A stretch of DNA of 64,000 bases, taken from contig NC_134026.1 of NCBI RefSeq assembly GCF_964204645.1, forward strand, positions 17,642,150-17,706,149. The letters are read 5' to 3'. Position numbers and translations under genes: made by a program. This document shows, in pieces, positions 47,201 through 60,522 of this stretch (within the stretch, counting starts at the first letter, position 1; the number at the start of each line of letters is the position of its first letter). Below the pieces are notes generated by a model that saw nothing but the letters and a program-made list of their open reading frames with translations, ran no database searches and was not told where the DNA came from. The DNA is from Tubulanus polymorphus. Lineage: Eukaryota; Animalia; Nemertea.

Positions 47201-50200
47201 ACAGAACTCGTGACACTGCGTCTCATCTTTACCATGCTAAACCTATCATCAATCATACTATAGTTCTATAGAAGGTTTTCGACACACTTGGAACCCTGAA
47301 AGCAAGCAGTTTATTAAAACCATCGACCGTATTGAACAAATTCACATAACTCAACGCGCTAAGCCTGCTGTAATTCGAACTCATAAATTTTCAGTACAGA
47401 AATAACCTGAGAGGTATTATCATAGTAGGTTGATGCTGTATTTTCCTTGGAGACATGAAGACAGTGACCTAATCACCTCAACTTTCATGGAAAAATGCCT
47501 AGATACCTGGATATTGTAACATTACATCGTGAACAGTTTGACCGTAACTCAATAAACCATTTTACAGTTGCTAGCCGCCATTTTGTTAGGGTACTTATGT
47601 CCCGTATTGTTGGGTCATTTTTTTCTCTTTTTTAAAAACTATCCGTGATGCGTGTTGTATCATATTTCATCTGTCCATGGATGGATTTTGACAACTTCAG
47701 CAACATTCAAACCGCGTGAATCTCTAGTATCAGTTATGTAAAAATCATTTCTCAAATTTACAACAATGCGACATGAGAGCAATATAAAAATCGGTGGTCA
47801 GTTTTTGCCGTGCGCATAGAAATCAAGGGTACTGAACTTTGAAGTTTGTTATTTTCAGAAATAATTTTCTAAAAAATCCAAGCATTTCAAGAACTGTGCG
47901 CATAAATGCCCCCTTTCAGGTGAACTTTGAAATTTTAAGATATCTTGCCTAGTTTGTTTTCCTATGGCACTTTAACTGCAGCGCGTGTATTGTCATTCCG
48001 AGATTCGGCGCTGTTTTCTTTGCGTGTATTTCAGTATATGGGCGTTATTTTTTCATTTTTACTACACTTGTCTCTACGGAAAATGGTTTTAATTGTTGGT
48101 ACGAGTATCAGGTTTTAATATTACGGCATTAATACTGTATTCCGTTCTCCGGCGCTAGTTCGTAATGGCTGTATTGGTAGCCGCTTTTACAGCAGGCAGA
48201 GGCTTACGTACATGCACCCAAGAAAACCCAAAATATCACTCTTTTGTTGTAAATGCAATCCACACACTTCTTGCGTTTTTGTGATGGTAGATGTCACTTT
48301 TTACTTTTTATCACCGGTGTCTGACATTAGGACTTGATACTTGATATGTCACCACCAAAGCAAGAAAACGTTCTCCTATATTTTCTTCCCAATCTAATCA
48401 ATCTTGTGTGTACTTAATAGAAAGTATTCATAGAAAGTAGCTGAATATTTGCCCCAACCCATTTGTCCAGCTTTTTGACCACTTCTCCATCCATCTAATT
48501 TCAGTAGATTTTTATGTAAATTTATTGATAGACTACTGATTTAAATGGTCATCATACTCGATTTTGTGTGTTATATTTCTTTTCTTCTTCCATCTCAATA
48601 TAGGCCCATATATTCTCTTCCCGCGCGCAACTTCGAATACGTGATCAAAATGCCGTTCAGTCTCGCTGCTAAAACTGGTAAAAAAATCCCTTTAACTCCA
48701 ACATCTCTAATGTCTTCGATCTATTATATTGCATAAATGACGTAATATTAAAACCTGATACTCGTACCAACAATTAAAACCATTTTCCGTAGAGACAAGT
48801 GTAGTAAAAGTGAAAAAATAACACCCATATACTGAAATACACGCAAAGAAAACAGCGCCGAATCTCGGAATGACAATACACGCGCTGCAGTTAAAGTGCC
48901 ATAGAAAAAAAACTAGGCAAGATATCTTAAAATTTCAAAGTTCACCTGAAAGGGGGCATTTATGCGCATAGTTCTTGAAATGCTAGGATTTTTTAGAAAA
49001 TTATTTCTGAAAATAACGAACTTCAAAGTTCAGTACCCTTGATTTCTATGCGCACGGCAAAAACTGACCACCGATTTTTATATCGCTCTCATGTCGCATT
49101 GTTGTAAATTTGAGAAATTATTTTTACATAACTGAAAACTAGAGATTCACGCAGTTTGAATGTTGCTGAAGTTGTCAAAATCCATCCATGGACAGATGAA
49201 ATATGATACAACACACATCACGGACAGTTTTTAAAAAATAGAAAAAAATGACCCAACAATACGGGACAAAAGTACCCTAACAAAATGGCGGCTAGCAACT
49301 GTAAAATGGTTTATTGACATAGATAATGCTCTTGATGCTTATGAAACTATTGGTCCGAATAATGACCCTTGGAATGCTCTGGCTTCTTAATCACAACAAG
49401 AAGACTTCGATGCTATGGTTGAAGGCTTATCTCCAGCTTTAATTGCCTTTCAACCTCATGGTCAACAGTCTGTAGATTTAGGTTCCTCCCATGTATCTAT
49501 TCATGTTCAAGATAATGTCCCTGCTCTACAGGAGTTGAGATTCATGGCTCAGCAGTTGAACTTCCAACAACGTAATATCTTCCAACTGCTCGTCACCTGG
49601 TGAACTGAATTTTCTCAACATAAGAAAAACCCTGACTGTCCATGTCCTGAGCCCTTTAGCATTTTTGTTTCAGGACCAGGTGGAACAGGGGAAAGCCATT
49701 TGATAACAACTATCTATCATACTGCTAGTCATAGATTCCATCATCACACAGATGAATTATCAGATGACATTACTGTGTTGTTGACTGCTCCTACTGGCAC
49801 TGCTGCTTTCAACATCAAAGGCATAACTCTTCATACTGCATTTCATTTGCCAGTGAATCAACGTTTCAAAACCTACTACCCTCCTGAAACCAAACACTCT
49901 TTCCAAGTTGCTTTTGCTAACCTCAAGATCTTGATAATAGATGAGATTTCTATGGTGGGTTATGACATGCTTCTCTATATAGATCAACGCCTAATGGAAA
50001 TAAAAGGTAACAACTCTCTATTTGGTGGCATCACTGTATTAGTTGTTATTGGTGATATGTTGCAATTGGCCCCAGATGCTCAGGCAAGTCTCTTTAAAGC
50101 CAATCCTTCATATCTTGCGCCATGCTACGGTTCGATTTTCAAAAGAATTGAACTCAGCGAAATAATGCGGCAAAGAGAAGACAAGTCTTTTGCATAGCTA

Positions 50201-51607
50201 CTTAACCGGACTAGAGTCAATGCTTTAACTCATAATGATCACAATATGATTTCTTCGAGATTGATCTCTCGTGATGATATTTCCTAACCTAGAGAGGCTC
50301 TGCACATTTTCCCGACGAACAAATGAGTTGAGACCCACAATAAAAAGCTAATACAGTCTATGCAACGCAAACTCCTGTTGTTACTGTTAAAGCAAAAGAC
50401 ACTTGCAAAGAGGGAAATACTCATCTTCCTATCAAAGAGCCAATTGATCGTGGTACCCATGCAGCAACAGCTGGATTGCCGACTACATTAGAAGTTTGCC
50501 TGAATGCTAGAGTTATGCTTACCAAAAATGTCAATGTCAAAGATGGACTGGTAAATGGTGCACAGGGTAATGTTATTGGGTTCATCCCTCCCATCCCAAT
50601 TGATTTCTCAGATGAAGTATTTATTCTCCTAAATACATTCTCATTGAGTTTGACAACCCCAACATTGGTTCACATACTAGATTGCAAATGGCTCTCCTCC
50701 ATCATAACAGATCAGCTGTCCCTATCAAGCGTGAAGAAGGGAAATTCAATTTACGTTCTAAAGCAGATTTATCTAGATACCTATTCCCTTTAGTTCTAGC
50801 ATGGGCATGTACGACCTATAAAGTTCAAGGTCAAACTTAATCTGAAGTAGTGATATCTTGTGAAGGTCGATATCAAGATGGCCAACTGTATGTAGTTCTA
50901 AGCAGAGTTTCTAGCCCCCAGGGTATTTTCTTACTGGATTTTGATAGTAATAAATTACGGGCTTATCAGGAAACTATGAACCATCTTGCTGATATGAAGA
51001 TGTACAACAGTTTACAGATTCCTCATGCACATATATTACAGCAACCTTCTTACATGGCCTTTACTATTGCTTATCTCAACATACAATCGCAGGCTGCCCA
51101 TATCAATGATTTTCAGAATGACGATATTTTTCTACATGCACATATGATTTCCCTCACAGAAACTTGGAGTCGTCCTTCAGACGACGGCAATTTCTATTCC
51201 CTCAATCATTTTCTGATATCACGTGCTGACCCTATCGACTCCTACAACAATCACATTCTGGATAAATCAACAAGGAAATGGAAATGTCATGGTGGTATTG
51301 CATTTTACTGGCGTAACACGTTACCTATGTTCACATTTAAGCATCTACCAATTCCCAACCTGGAATACTTGATTGCACCCGTACTAGCTCTATGCAGTTA
51401 CTTATTGCTACTGTCTACATAACTCCAGAGCAAGTTCGTAACTTCCATGTAACAAAGTATCTCATTGAACAACTCATTCAAGCAACACCATTCATGAATG
51501 TTCCTATTGTAGTTATCGGTGATTTCAATATAGAAGCTAGCAAAAATCACGTTGTACACAAAATATTCAAGTTTTATGGTTTCCGGCAACTCGTTTCCAC
51601 CCCAACA
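44215..51607 (+). mobile_element. Decayed autonomous Helentron (Rep, PIF1 helicase, AP endonuclease)
   Basis: ICHTCH..AN.L, GSPPY, VRQLGIFTFFLTLSAAD, NPVTAARHF, VEF.QRG/PHIH (HUH), GPGGTG, APTGTAA, IIDEISM, GDMLQL, VMLTKNVNV.DGLVNG, YVVLSRV, then LNIQS / LTETW / GDFN / QLV..PT; many stops; 5' limit tentative. Confidence 0.88.
47554..49312. mobile_element. Non-autonomous long-TIR (foldback) DNA transposon with AT TSD, ISL2EU-like
   Basis: ~575-bp near-identical inverted arms (47554-~48130 and ~48736-49312); removing the element and one AT restores the Helentron frame FDRNSIDIDNALDAY. Confidence 0.9.
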
Positions 51608-53591
51608 ACAGCAGGTAAAACAGAAACCAAAATTCCGACAACTTTGGCTATGTGATGTATTGAAGGTTATGAAGTATCTAATAATAATCTGCATTCATTC
51701 ACAACCTTATGGACTTTGGCCTGGCCAAGAAAAACTTTCCAAGTAATGGAACTCATCCAAAATCCATTTTCTCTGAGTACTAGATTTCTTTTCCGATTTA
51801 ACCGAATTTATAACATAACCACAATTTACTAATAGTTTTTCTGTAACACATACATTATCATCGCAACAAGGCTCGTCATCTCCTTGCATTTAAATATCAT
51901 CAATGTAATCTGCGGAATTATACCCCAATTCTCGAAGGGGAGTAAAAACAGGCTTCAGAAGCCTGGTAAAAAATTCTTGGCGCCGATGAAATTCCGTTTG
52001 GAAGGCAGGTATACTGAAAAAAGTTGACCCTTCCAAATGAATCGAAGATATTTCCGATCACTTCAAGCAATATTGACAGAATAATAGGCATCTTTCAAAT
52101 CAAGAGAGGCCATGAAACAACCTGGAGTCATAGGACTAAGAACTGATTTCAAAGAGTTCATTTTAAAATGATAATGTTTGAACATGTTTGTTTAAACAAG
52201 TCAAATTTGAAATAAGTCTGAATGATCCATTTTTTCGGAACGACGAAAATATTTGATAAAAATTGACCCCTGTCAGGTGAAGCCAATTCAATAATTCCAC
52301 GACTCGAAAAATCTGATAATAGTGAGTCAATAGCAGAAGTTTCAACCTCATTGAAACTAATTGAACGCGGTGGAAAAAATTGATTAGGAGGCATCGAATT
52401 CCATTCAATGTTATAACCCAAAACCAAATTCAAAATTGATTTGTCAGAAGTTAAAGTCTCCCAGAAGGAGAAAAAAATGTTTAATTTGGCCAGCAACAGA
52501 TGGTAATTGAGAACTTATTGTTTCCTCTGATGTTGACCTCTTTTCCAAAAATCCTGTTTAGGGAAATTGGAATAAGCAGGCCTTCTATATGGCTGGAATC
52601 TCCCGTTTCCATAACCTCTAGATCGATAGTTCCCACGACCTCGATCTACCATCTTCGTAACCATACGACTTGACCTTTCTATGTCTCGCAACTCAAGTTG
52701 TCATCAAGTTGATCCCCGAAAAGATCTTTCCCAATAGGATTTGAGGGGAGCCAGATTGGCTTATAAACATCGTTAAATCCACGCTTCAATAGTTCCCGAC
52801 GTCTTAAATTCATTTCATAGTTGCTTTGCGCAAAGAGACTCAAGGAGTGATATAACGTCATACCTAAGGTATTTTTGTCTAAAGGTTCTAGACCCGATAA
52901 AAGATCCATTGTGTGACCGCAGTAATACCTCATAGGTTATAATTCTGAATCTTCTGACACTTTAAATCGAAAGCAGCCGACTCTTTAGTTAGCTTAGAAC
53001 AAATTGGCTGATTTACTTTAGCGACGGCCAAACTCGGAACATTTTCAGGGCAAGCATACTGCCTAACGGATTTCTCCAATTTATCGAACAAATCCTTCTT
53101 AATATCAAAATTATCTCTCCCCTAAACCCTGTCATCAGTTTATCAACGGCTTGTGCTAACTGTAGATTTTTTGTTGGGGGTCCGACATTTTTAAGACCCT
53201 CCATCTCTGACGTAATACAGGTCATAAAGTCATTGTCCTCATGTAACTGGACGTTATTATTACGATCTTTATCTTGGAAAAAAATAGCCGCAAATTGGTC
53301 AGACGCATTGAGCTCATCACCCAAATCACAATTCGATTTGATTTATTTTGCATGAATAATTGGTACAAGGATTATAGCATAATAGTTATTACATAATATA
53401 TAGTCGGTGTAACAATAATTTATGCGAGGAATTGAAGAAAAGCCAATAAGGCTTATACTAGTCTGAAATCCCTCACCACATACGCTCACATTCTCGCAAT
53501 CATACGCACACCACACACATACGTTACTAGAGACACTCTAAAAGATATAAATATAAATTAGACTTGAAGTCAGAACACACAATCATGGTTA

Positions 53592-56510
53592 CTAGTAATT
53601 AGACAAGAGCAGACTTCTGAGACTGTAACGAAATATACTTAAATGGGGCTGATTTTTCAATTCAGATGGTAGATTGTTCCAGTATTTTGCACCTTGAATT
53701 TTAATACTTCTAGATTTTATATTAGTTTTGGAAAATTCGATGAAAAGATCATTGATTCTGCGCGTGTTGCGCCAATTAGGTCTAGTACGCCGAAAAATGA
53801 AGAAATCTTCAAAAAGGTCAGGTAACAAATTATTAATTTGACAGAAGGTGAAAGTTCCAAGCTGTTGTTTATAAATATCACATAATTTCAGGATTTTGAG
53901 TCTTTTGAAAATTGGTGACGTGTGTTCTAACCAGTCAGAATGCGTTACAGTACGTATTGCTCTTTTCTGGAGAACAAAAAGAGGGTTTAAATAGGTACAA
54001 CAAGCATTTCCCCATATAACATTGGCATAATCCAAATGTGAATGGACAAAACAATGGTATAAATTTTTCAAAATGTCTGGAGATAAGAAATTTTTCAACC
54101 GGTTAATGATGCCAATGCCACGTGAGACTTTTTTACAAACAAAATTGATGTGTTCCTTCCATGTTAAAGTTTGATCAAAAATTATGCCTAGAAATTTTGT
54201 GCTTGTTACTCTTTTTATCGGTTGACCATCTAAGCGTATATTTAGATCCGGAAAAAATCTGTTGCCAAAAATAATTTAATTTGTTTTATCTATATTAACG
54301 GAAAGGCGATCGATTCGCTCTAAACCAGTTGAGGAGCTGATTTAACTCTCGGTTAAGAATGCCCTCTAACTTTTTATAATTAGAGTTACTACAAAAAAAG
54401 TTGCTATCGTCAGCAAAAAATATAGAGTCTAATAATTTACAAGCATTAGGACAGTCGTTTATGTATACTAGAAACAAAATAGGTCCTAGTATGGAACCTT
54501 GTGGAACACCGGATGTTATATCCGCAGTTAAGGATAAAGCATTTTTATACTTGACCGCTTGTTTTCGACCTGTGATATAACTTTGAAACCAGTTTAGCGG
54601 AATGCCACGAATTCCATAGTGCTCAAGTTTAGAAATCAGGATATCAAACTTAAGGGTGTCAAATGCCTTTGACAGGTCAATAAATACCCCTGCAGTAAAA
54701 AGGCCCTTATCAAGGGCACTAGATAAGCGAGTGTAGTTGAGTACTTTTTCCTGAAACCAAATTGGTGTTGATTAAAAAGTTTGAGTTTTTCAAAAAATTT
54801 GTTAAGTCTGTCATATACGATTTTTTCCAATATTTTTGATATAGACGGCAAGACGGAAATAGGACGGTAATTACTGAATAGATTATTATTTCCACTTTTA
54901 TAGATTGGAGTAACATGAGCTATTTTGAATGCACTGGGCACTTGCCCTGAAGTGAAACTGCAATTGAATATATGGCATAGAGGTTGTGAAATTATAGAAA
55001 TAATCGATTTAAGTAACTTCATACTTATGTTATCAAAGCCACTTGAAGGTTTTGACTTGAAATTAGAGACAATTAATTCAATTTCCTGGGTACATGTTGG
55101 TGAGAGGAAAAAATTTTCACATACATTTTCACCTAAGTAATCTTTAAAGTTTTTCTCGGAAATAGGTATTTGAGATTCCAATGACCGCGCAGCGTTTACA
55201 AAATACTCATTGAAACTTTCAGCAATTTCTTGCTCATTTTTTAGAACTTTATCATTAAGAAGAAATTCTGAGTTAATCTCAGGATTTTGTTTACCTTTGT
55301 TAAGTAGAGAATTAACGTTTCGCCATATTTCTCTAGGGTTTAATTTACATGCTATAAATTTGTCCCTATAAAATGAATATTTACTCTTCTTGATGACAGA
55401 ATTAAGAATATTTCTATGTCTATTATATTTATCTTTCCTCTCTTTAGTCCGTTTTCGTAAGTACTTTTTATACAGTTTTTCCTTGAAACGAATCGATTTT
55501 TTTATTCCCGTGGTAATCCACGGCTTATGGCTATAATTTGATTTATCACGTATAGATTTAATTGGAAAACTCGTCTCAAAACAATTGTTAATAATCTTAT
55601 AAAATTCCGTGCATGACGCTTCAGGGTCACTATACTCGTACACACTTTGCCAATCATTGGTCAGCAAAGAACGGGAGAAATTTTCAATGGTCCTAGGATT
55701 TATATCATGGATTAACTTAGTATTATTACTTGTTTTATGTCTTTTATAGATACAGTTAAAACTAGCAAAAATTGGGTAGTGGTCTGATATATCAACTAAG
55801 AAAACACCACTTTGAGATTGGCAATTGTCGTTAAAATTGGTCAATATATGGTCAATAACAGTTGATGTAGTATCTGTTACTCGAGTTGGTAAATTTATAT
55901 GCGGGAAAAAAGAATTACTTATTGCATAGTTAAAGAAAGAATCATTTGGTGAATTATCACCGTATTTACCGAAATAAATATTAAAGTCACCTAATATAAT
56001 AACACGTAGCTTTTCATTGTCGACTTGGCTTACAAATTGTTCAAAATCAGATAAAAGTGCCGCTATACTTGTATCAGGTGCACGATATACAACGCCGATA
56101 ACAGTTTTCATGCATGATTTACTTTGTGGAATCTCTATAATGAGAGATTCTGCTAAATGGAGGTCTTCCCTTCGTTTAAACGGAATAGTATTATTAACCA
56201 GAATACCAACTCCGCCTCCTTTTTTATTAAGCCTGCTCTGGTAAACACCGGAATAGCCAGGCAGATTATATAAACATTCATTTGGGTGATTAGTATCAGT
56301 CCACGTTTCAGTCAGACCGATTACAGAAAATTTGAACTTTAATAAATGTAGGTAGTCAGCTAACGAGTCGAAATTTTTCTTGGCACTTCGGATGTTAGAA
56401 TGAAACACACTAAATAAGTCATCGTGCGATTTCAAGTTGAAATCGGACGAAAAATAGTAATTACAATTATCTATCAGGTCTGGAATGTCATGCATAACAT
56501 GTACAAACAT
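53592..56510 (-). pseudogene. LINE ORF2 (AP endonuclease and RT), frameshifted near 54725 and 54300
   Basis: HSNIRS, LTETW, GDFN, IDHIL, SDHYP; NYRPISVL, QFGFR, DLSKAFD, GVPQGSILGP, FADD; ends WNNLP..LLLSNY. Confidence 0.9.
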
Positions 56511-56512
56511 AG

Positions 56513-57907
56513 TTATTGATCATCATCGATATAAGGCTTTTTGGTTATTTTCCCTGCGCTTGGTGGCGTCTGTGATTCAGATCGATCTTTTCTTTTCGTT
56601 GTATTCACAGGGGTACTGAAAACTTCAGTGTGGTTTTCAGTAGTAATCGCAGTGATCATCGATTCAAAGTTCTTCGCAACAGTTGATTTCCCGAGTTCGT
56701 TCAAATGAATCCCCGATTTGTCACTAATGTTGTAAAACCTATCTCTTAAAGCCCCGTGGGGTTTCAGAATGATGTCATTATCAATGAATAGGATGTTCTG
56801 TTTGGAGCAGAATCGCCCCATGTATGAATTAACTGCGCAGGCGGCAGTATTGAAATCCCTCGCAGCGTTTGAGTTCCCTTTCTTAGGGAAGATACTTGAA
56901 AGTGATATTTTTGCGGAAGGAAAGTTTTCCTGAACTTTGGCGATGGCGAAGGTAATGTTCATTTTGATAGCATCGGTATCGGACTTGTTGCGATTGACGT
57001 CATTGGTACCAATGTGAACGATGACCTCCTTAACGGATTCTAGATTCGGTATTTGGGATGATGCTTTTTCTAAAAGCGACTGAATATTTTCAGCGGCTGC
57101 TCCAGAATGGTGGATGACAGCGCTGCTACTATGTGGATACTGGAGATCTCGCATGTTCGAATCTCCAATAATGACAACATCAGGCGATTGGTTTCTATCG
57201 GATTCTACACTTGTTTGCGTGCTTTCAGGTCCTGGGAGATTAGCTCTTTCAGTGACCGGGTGACCAATACTCTCTTGTTTAGCATGGTCATTCAACAACG
57301 GACAATCGCGTTTAAAATGATCTGCCGATTTACAGTTGTGACATAAACGATTGTTCGGTCGGCGCGGGCAATTTGAAGAATTGTGATCACAATTCAGACA
57401 GAGATGACATATAGAGTCGCAATCCAATCTCACTGGAAAATTTCCAATTTTTGTAAATGTCGGCATAACGTTTGCAAGGTTACGAAGCTGGAGATACCTT
57501 GTACCTGTAAATATCTGAGTTCCTTTTATGACACCTCTTTTAATTGATCCGTCCACGTAATCTCCGTATTTCAATAAAAACGCAACGATCACCTTGTCGT
57601 CCATTTCAATCGGAGCGTCAACTATCTTAACATTAATGTAATTAACATCCACATCGGTGAAATTAACTTGCCGATCCATGATAACAAGTTGGAGCTTTGA
57701 TAAACGATTTTTTGTTTCCTTGTCAGTGGCTGTGATTATACAGTTAGAGTTAGTTAACTGAATCGACAGGATTTTACTCACGTCAATTTTATATTTCGCT
57801 AACGCATTTACTACATCCAGATGTCCTAACTTCTGCTTCCCAAACTGACTGAGGCTGAATTTAACAGAATTCTCTCTTATTAATAACGATTCTTGCACAG
57901 CATCCAT
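56513..57907 (-). CDS. LINE ORF1: RRM-like region, two CCHC knuckles and SGNH esterase
   Basis: CHLCLNCDHNSSNC and CHNCKSADHFKRDC; GDSN, HSGA, HIGTND, DKSGIH; first ATG (MDAVQ) at 57907. Confidence 0.85.
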   Translation of the reverse strand: MDAVQESLLIRENSVKFSLSQFGKQKLGHLDVVNALAKYKIDVSKILSIQLTNSNCIITATDKETKNRLSKLQLVIMDRQVNFTDVDVNYINVKIVDAPIEMDDKVIVAFLLKYGDYVDGSIKRGVIKGTQIFTGTRYLQLRNLANVMPTFTKIGNFPVRLDCDSICHLCLNCDHNSSNCPRRPNNRLCHNCKSADHFKRDCPLLNDHAKQESIGHPVTERANLPGPESTQTSVESDRNQSPDVVIIGDSNMRDLQYPHSSSAVIHHSGAAAENIQSLLEKASSQIPNLESVKEVIVHIGTNDVNRNKSDTDAIKMNITFAIAKVQENFPSAKISLSSIFPKKGNSNAARDFNTAACAVNSYMGRFCSKQNILFIDNDIILKPHGALRDRFYNISDKSGIHLNELGKSTVAKNFESMITAITTENHTEVFSTPVNTTKRKDRSESQTPPSAGKITKKPYIDDDQ

Positions 57908-58661
57908 TGTCTTACGATCACTTGGACAACGATTATTGAGAAAATATAACGAGCACGAAATTTGTGCGTCTGACTCTAAGCCGCCATATTGATATACTCG
58001 TATACAATGATCCTGTAACCGATCATAATCATTTTGCAAATATTAAGACTCTAAAGCCTCAGGTCTCTTTTTCATCTCTAAAAACTCTGTTATAACAGGA
58101 TCGACATGACTTTCAGATAAAGTCTCTGGTTGAGCTGAACCTGAGCTTTTTGACCTAACAACTCGACGAGCAATTTTAGGAATAACTTTCAGTTTAGCGG
58201 CTTTGTCCTTATCTTTTTTATCAACACTTACAGCCTGAGTGTTCTTATTTGAAGACCCATAATAGTCAGACAGAAGGAGAAAAGACTGACTCCGTCCTTT
58301 ATCAATAGCCTGTTGAACCGACATTTCGTCAGCCACAAGACCAGCAGAACAAGCTGACTCGTCCTCATTGGCGACCGTAATTTCTGACCCAATGTCAAGT
58401 AAATCTAATTTATTATGAGCCGCCATGGCATAAACATACCTTACAACAGTAGGTAAAGAAAAAGTAAACAAATATAAATATATAATATTTTTCACCTTAC
58501 AACAGTAGATGACCACCGATAACGAACCAAAATAATTTTGATGAGAGCACTCTCAAAATAGGTCCGTCACCCACAAGGAAGTTGGACCTCAGTGACTCCG
58601 GAAGTGATCTCTTCTCATGGAATCCCGAGCATTATGACGTAATGCTGGAGAATTAGCCCCA

Positions 58662-58780
58662 TTTACTCGTCAACAATGTCTACAATCCTGATTGTCGACC
58701 GATTTTACTCGTCGACTATGTCTACAATCCTAATTGTCGACCGATTCTACTCGTAGACAATATCTATATCTACAATCCTG
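58662..58780. repeat. ~41-bp tandem repeat, about 3 copies
   Basis: TACTCGTC.AC.ATGTCTACAATCCT.ATTGTCGACCGAT repeated. Confidence 0.75.
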
Positions 58781-59162
58781 AGCAAAATCCTGGGCAAAAT
58801 GGCGGCGTGTATGTAGACGCAAAGTGTGTATGTCGTCCGAAAATATTTGCAAAATTCCTTTGATATGACATCTGACACTCACAAGGATTGGACAAGAGAA
58901 AGTACGTAAATCTCGGGAGATGTGTATGCATGAATTTTGTGAGTTTTGCGCAATATGGTGACTTGTAAAATACATTAGAAAACTTCGTGATTTTATTCGC
59001 TATTGGACTTAGTAATTCTCGCCATTGCAGACCCGATCATTACCAATAGACGCGACATAGGCGAAATTCCGTCACGCATGAATGAAGCTATAAACCCGCT
59101 CGAAACTAAGTAGTGAATGCACTAGAAATCTCTTCACAAGCAGTATTACCGTTTATTTCGTG

Positions 59163-59655
59163 ATGCCTGCAAACGGGAAAAAGGACAAAGGTAAAAACCA
59201 TAATACTCCGCAAACTCAGTCGACCAAAAGTTCAAAACGTGGCTCATTTGGGGCAAATAACACCCCTCCCGCTAAAAAGTCGTTACCGTCCAGAACGCTC
59301 CAGATGAACCAATTTCCTCGGAAAATGAATAAGCATCGGACTACAGCGACGACGAGGATGCGCTTACATTGAACGATGTGCTATATGAGATCAGGGGGAT
59401 GAAAAAACCATCGAAAAGAAAATCGATAGGAAGTTCAACCTACTGAGAGAGGAGATCCAACACTCCAGATCCGAGATTGAAAAAACTATCGATTTTAGAA
59501 TTGATTCTGTCGTAGGCCAGTTACGAAATGAGTTTACCATAAAGATAAGCGATGTCGAAAAATCGGTTAAGTCGTTGAAGTCATCAGGTACGAACACTAA
59601 TGTAGAAAATGCCCTGTTCAAATTACTGGAGGAACGCGTTATTGATCAAGAAGCC
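59163..59655 (+). pseudogene. LINE ORF1 N-terminal fragment (L1-type basic region and coiled coil)
   Basis: MPANGKK..; frameshifted heptads ending LEERVIDQEA, cut where the RSRRNN/RRM motif would begin. Confidence 0.55.
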
Positions 59656-60152
59656 ATAGATGGGAAACTACAGCTGACTTGGCGCAGTAGGCGTCCTATC
59701 CCTAGCCGGCGTCCTAGGCCCTCAGTTAATTATATACTAAACGATGGTATACCGCAAGAAAGCCTCGACAAACCTCTTCAATCAATGGGGACGCGGTAGC
59801 GGCGAGCGGCGTAGCGGCGAGCGGCAATCTGGAGCTCAAAATGAAACCTCATTTACACAAATTTTGACTCTTGATTGGTGGTTTACTTAATGGAGAATTG
59901 AAATGTACAAAAAAATCTAATGTATTCACCTTCAGGTCAAAATTTAAAACTAGTGGTTTATCTAAGTCCTAGAAAACAAGTTTGATTTTGAGAAATTGCA
60001 CTGGGGTTGAATACTTTTTCAATACTGTTGTATGTTTCTCTCAAAATATAGCCATAATTAATAATATACTTTCATCGAAATTTAACACGCTATAAAGATT
60101 AGATGGTCTAAACATTCATTCACTGTCATGGAATAAGATAACAAGAGATATA

Positions 60153-60522
60153 CAGGCCCGTACGCAGCCTCTCTTTTGGGTGGGTTTAAATTTAAAGAGG
60201 GTGGAACTTATTTGATTGCGTCCGTGGCCAATGCGAGCGCATTGAAAAAAATGTAATTGATCCTCGAAACATATTCAGAATAAGTTTGTATTAAGTAGGT
60301 CTTACTCCAATAACATATACTGGAGTCTCATCCTTCGTTTATGGAGACTGGCTATTTTTTATAACGGGCTATATCCATATCATAGTTATATGAATGTGGG
60401 CAAGCGAGAGAAGAGAGACGTGAAATCAAGTCTTGAGAAATTTTCTTTGACAAAAAATAGTGGATTTCTAGATTTTGTGTGGAGGTGCCCTGCCTCCTCC
60501 CCCCTCCCTGGTTACGGGCCTG
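60153..60522. mobile_element. MITE with CAGGCCCGTA TIRs and 5-bp TSD ATATA
   Basis: TIRs and TSD read directly; internal segment resembles ~7490-7540. Confidence 0.7.

Larger units (their letters stand above)
53336..57992 (-). mobile_element. Near full-length L2/Crack-like LINE
   Basis: ORF1 and ORF2; 3' tail AATAAATCAAATC; probable 5' end near CAATATGGCGGC; no clear TSD. Confidence 0.88.
51608..58660 (-). mobile_element. Second decayed DIRS-like element (gag and RT; 3' part lost), split by a LINE
   Basis: gag-like pieces ~58000-58430 and 52560-53335; RT W..LTSD..IL..V.GY, FLSNIFVVPKK.GSFRLI.NL, ASLDLKDAYY, APRIFTRLLKP, YIDD; limits approximate. Confidence 0.75.
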
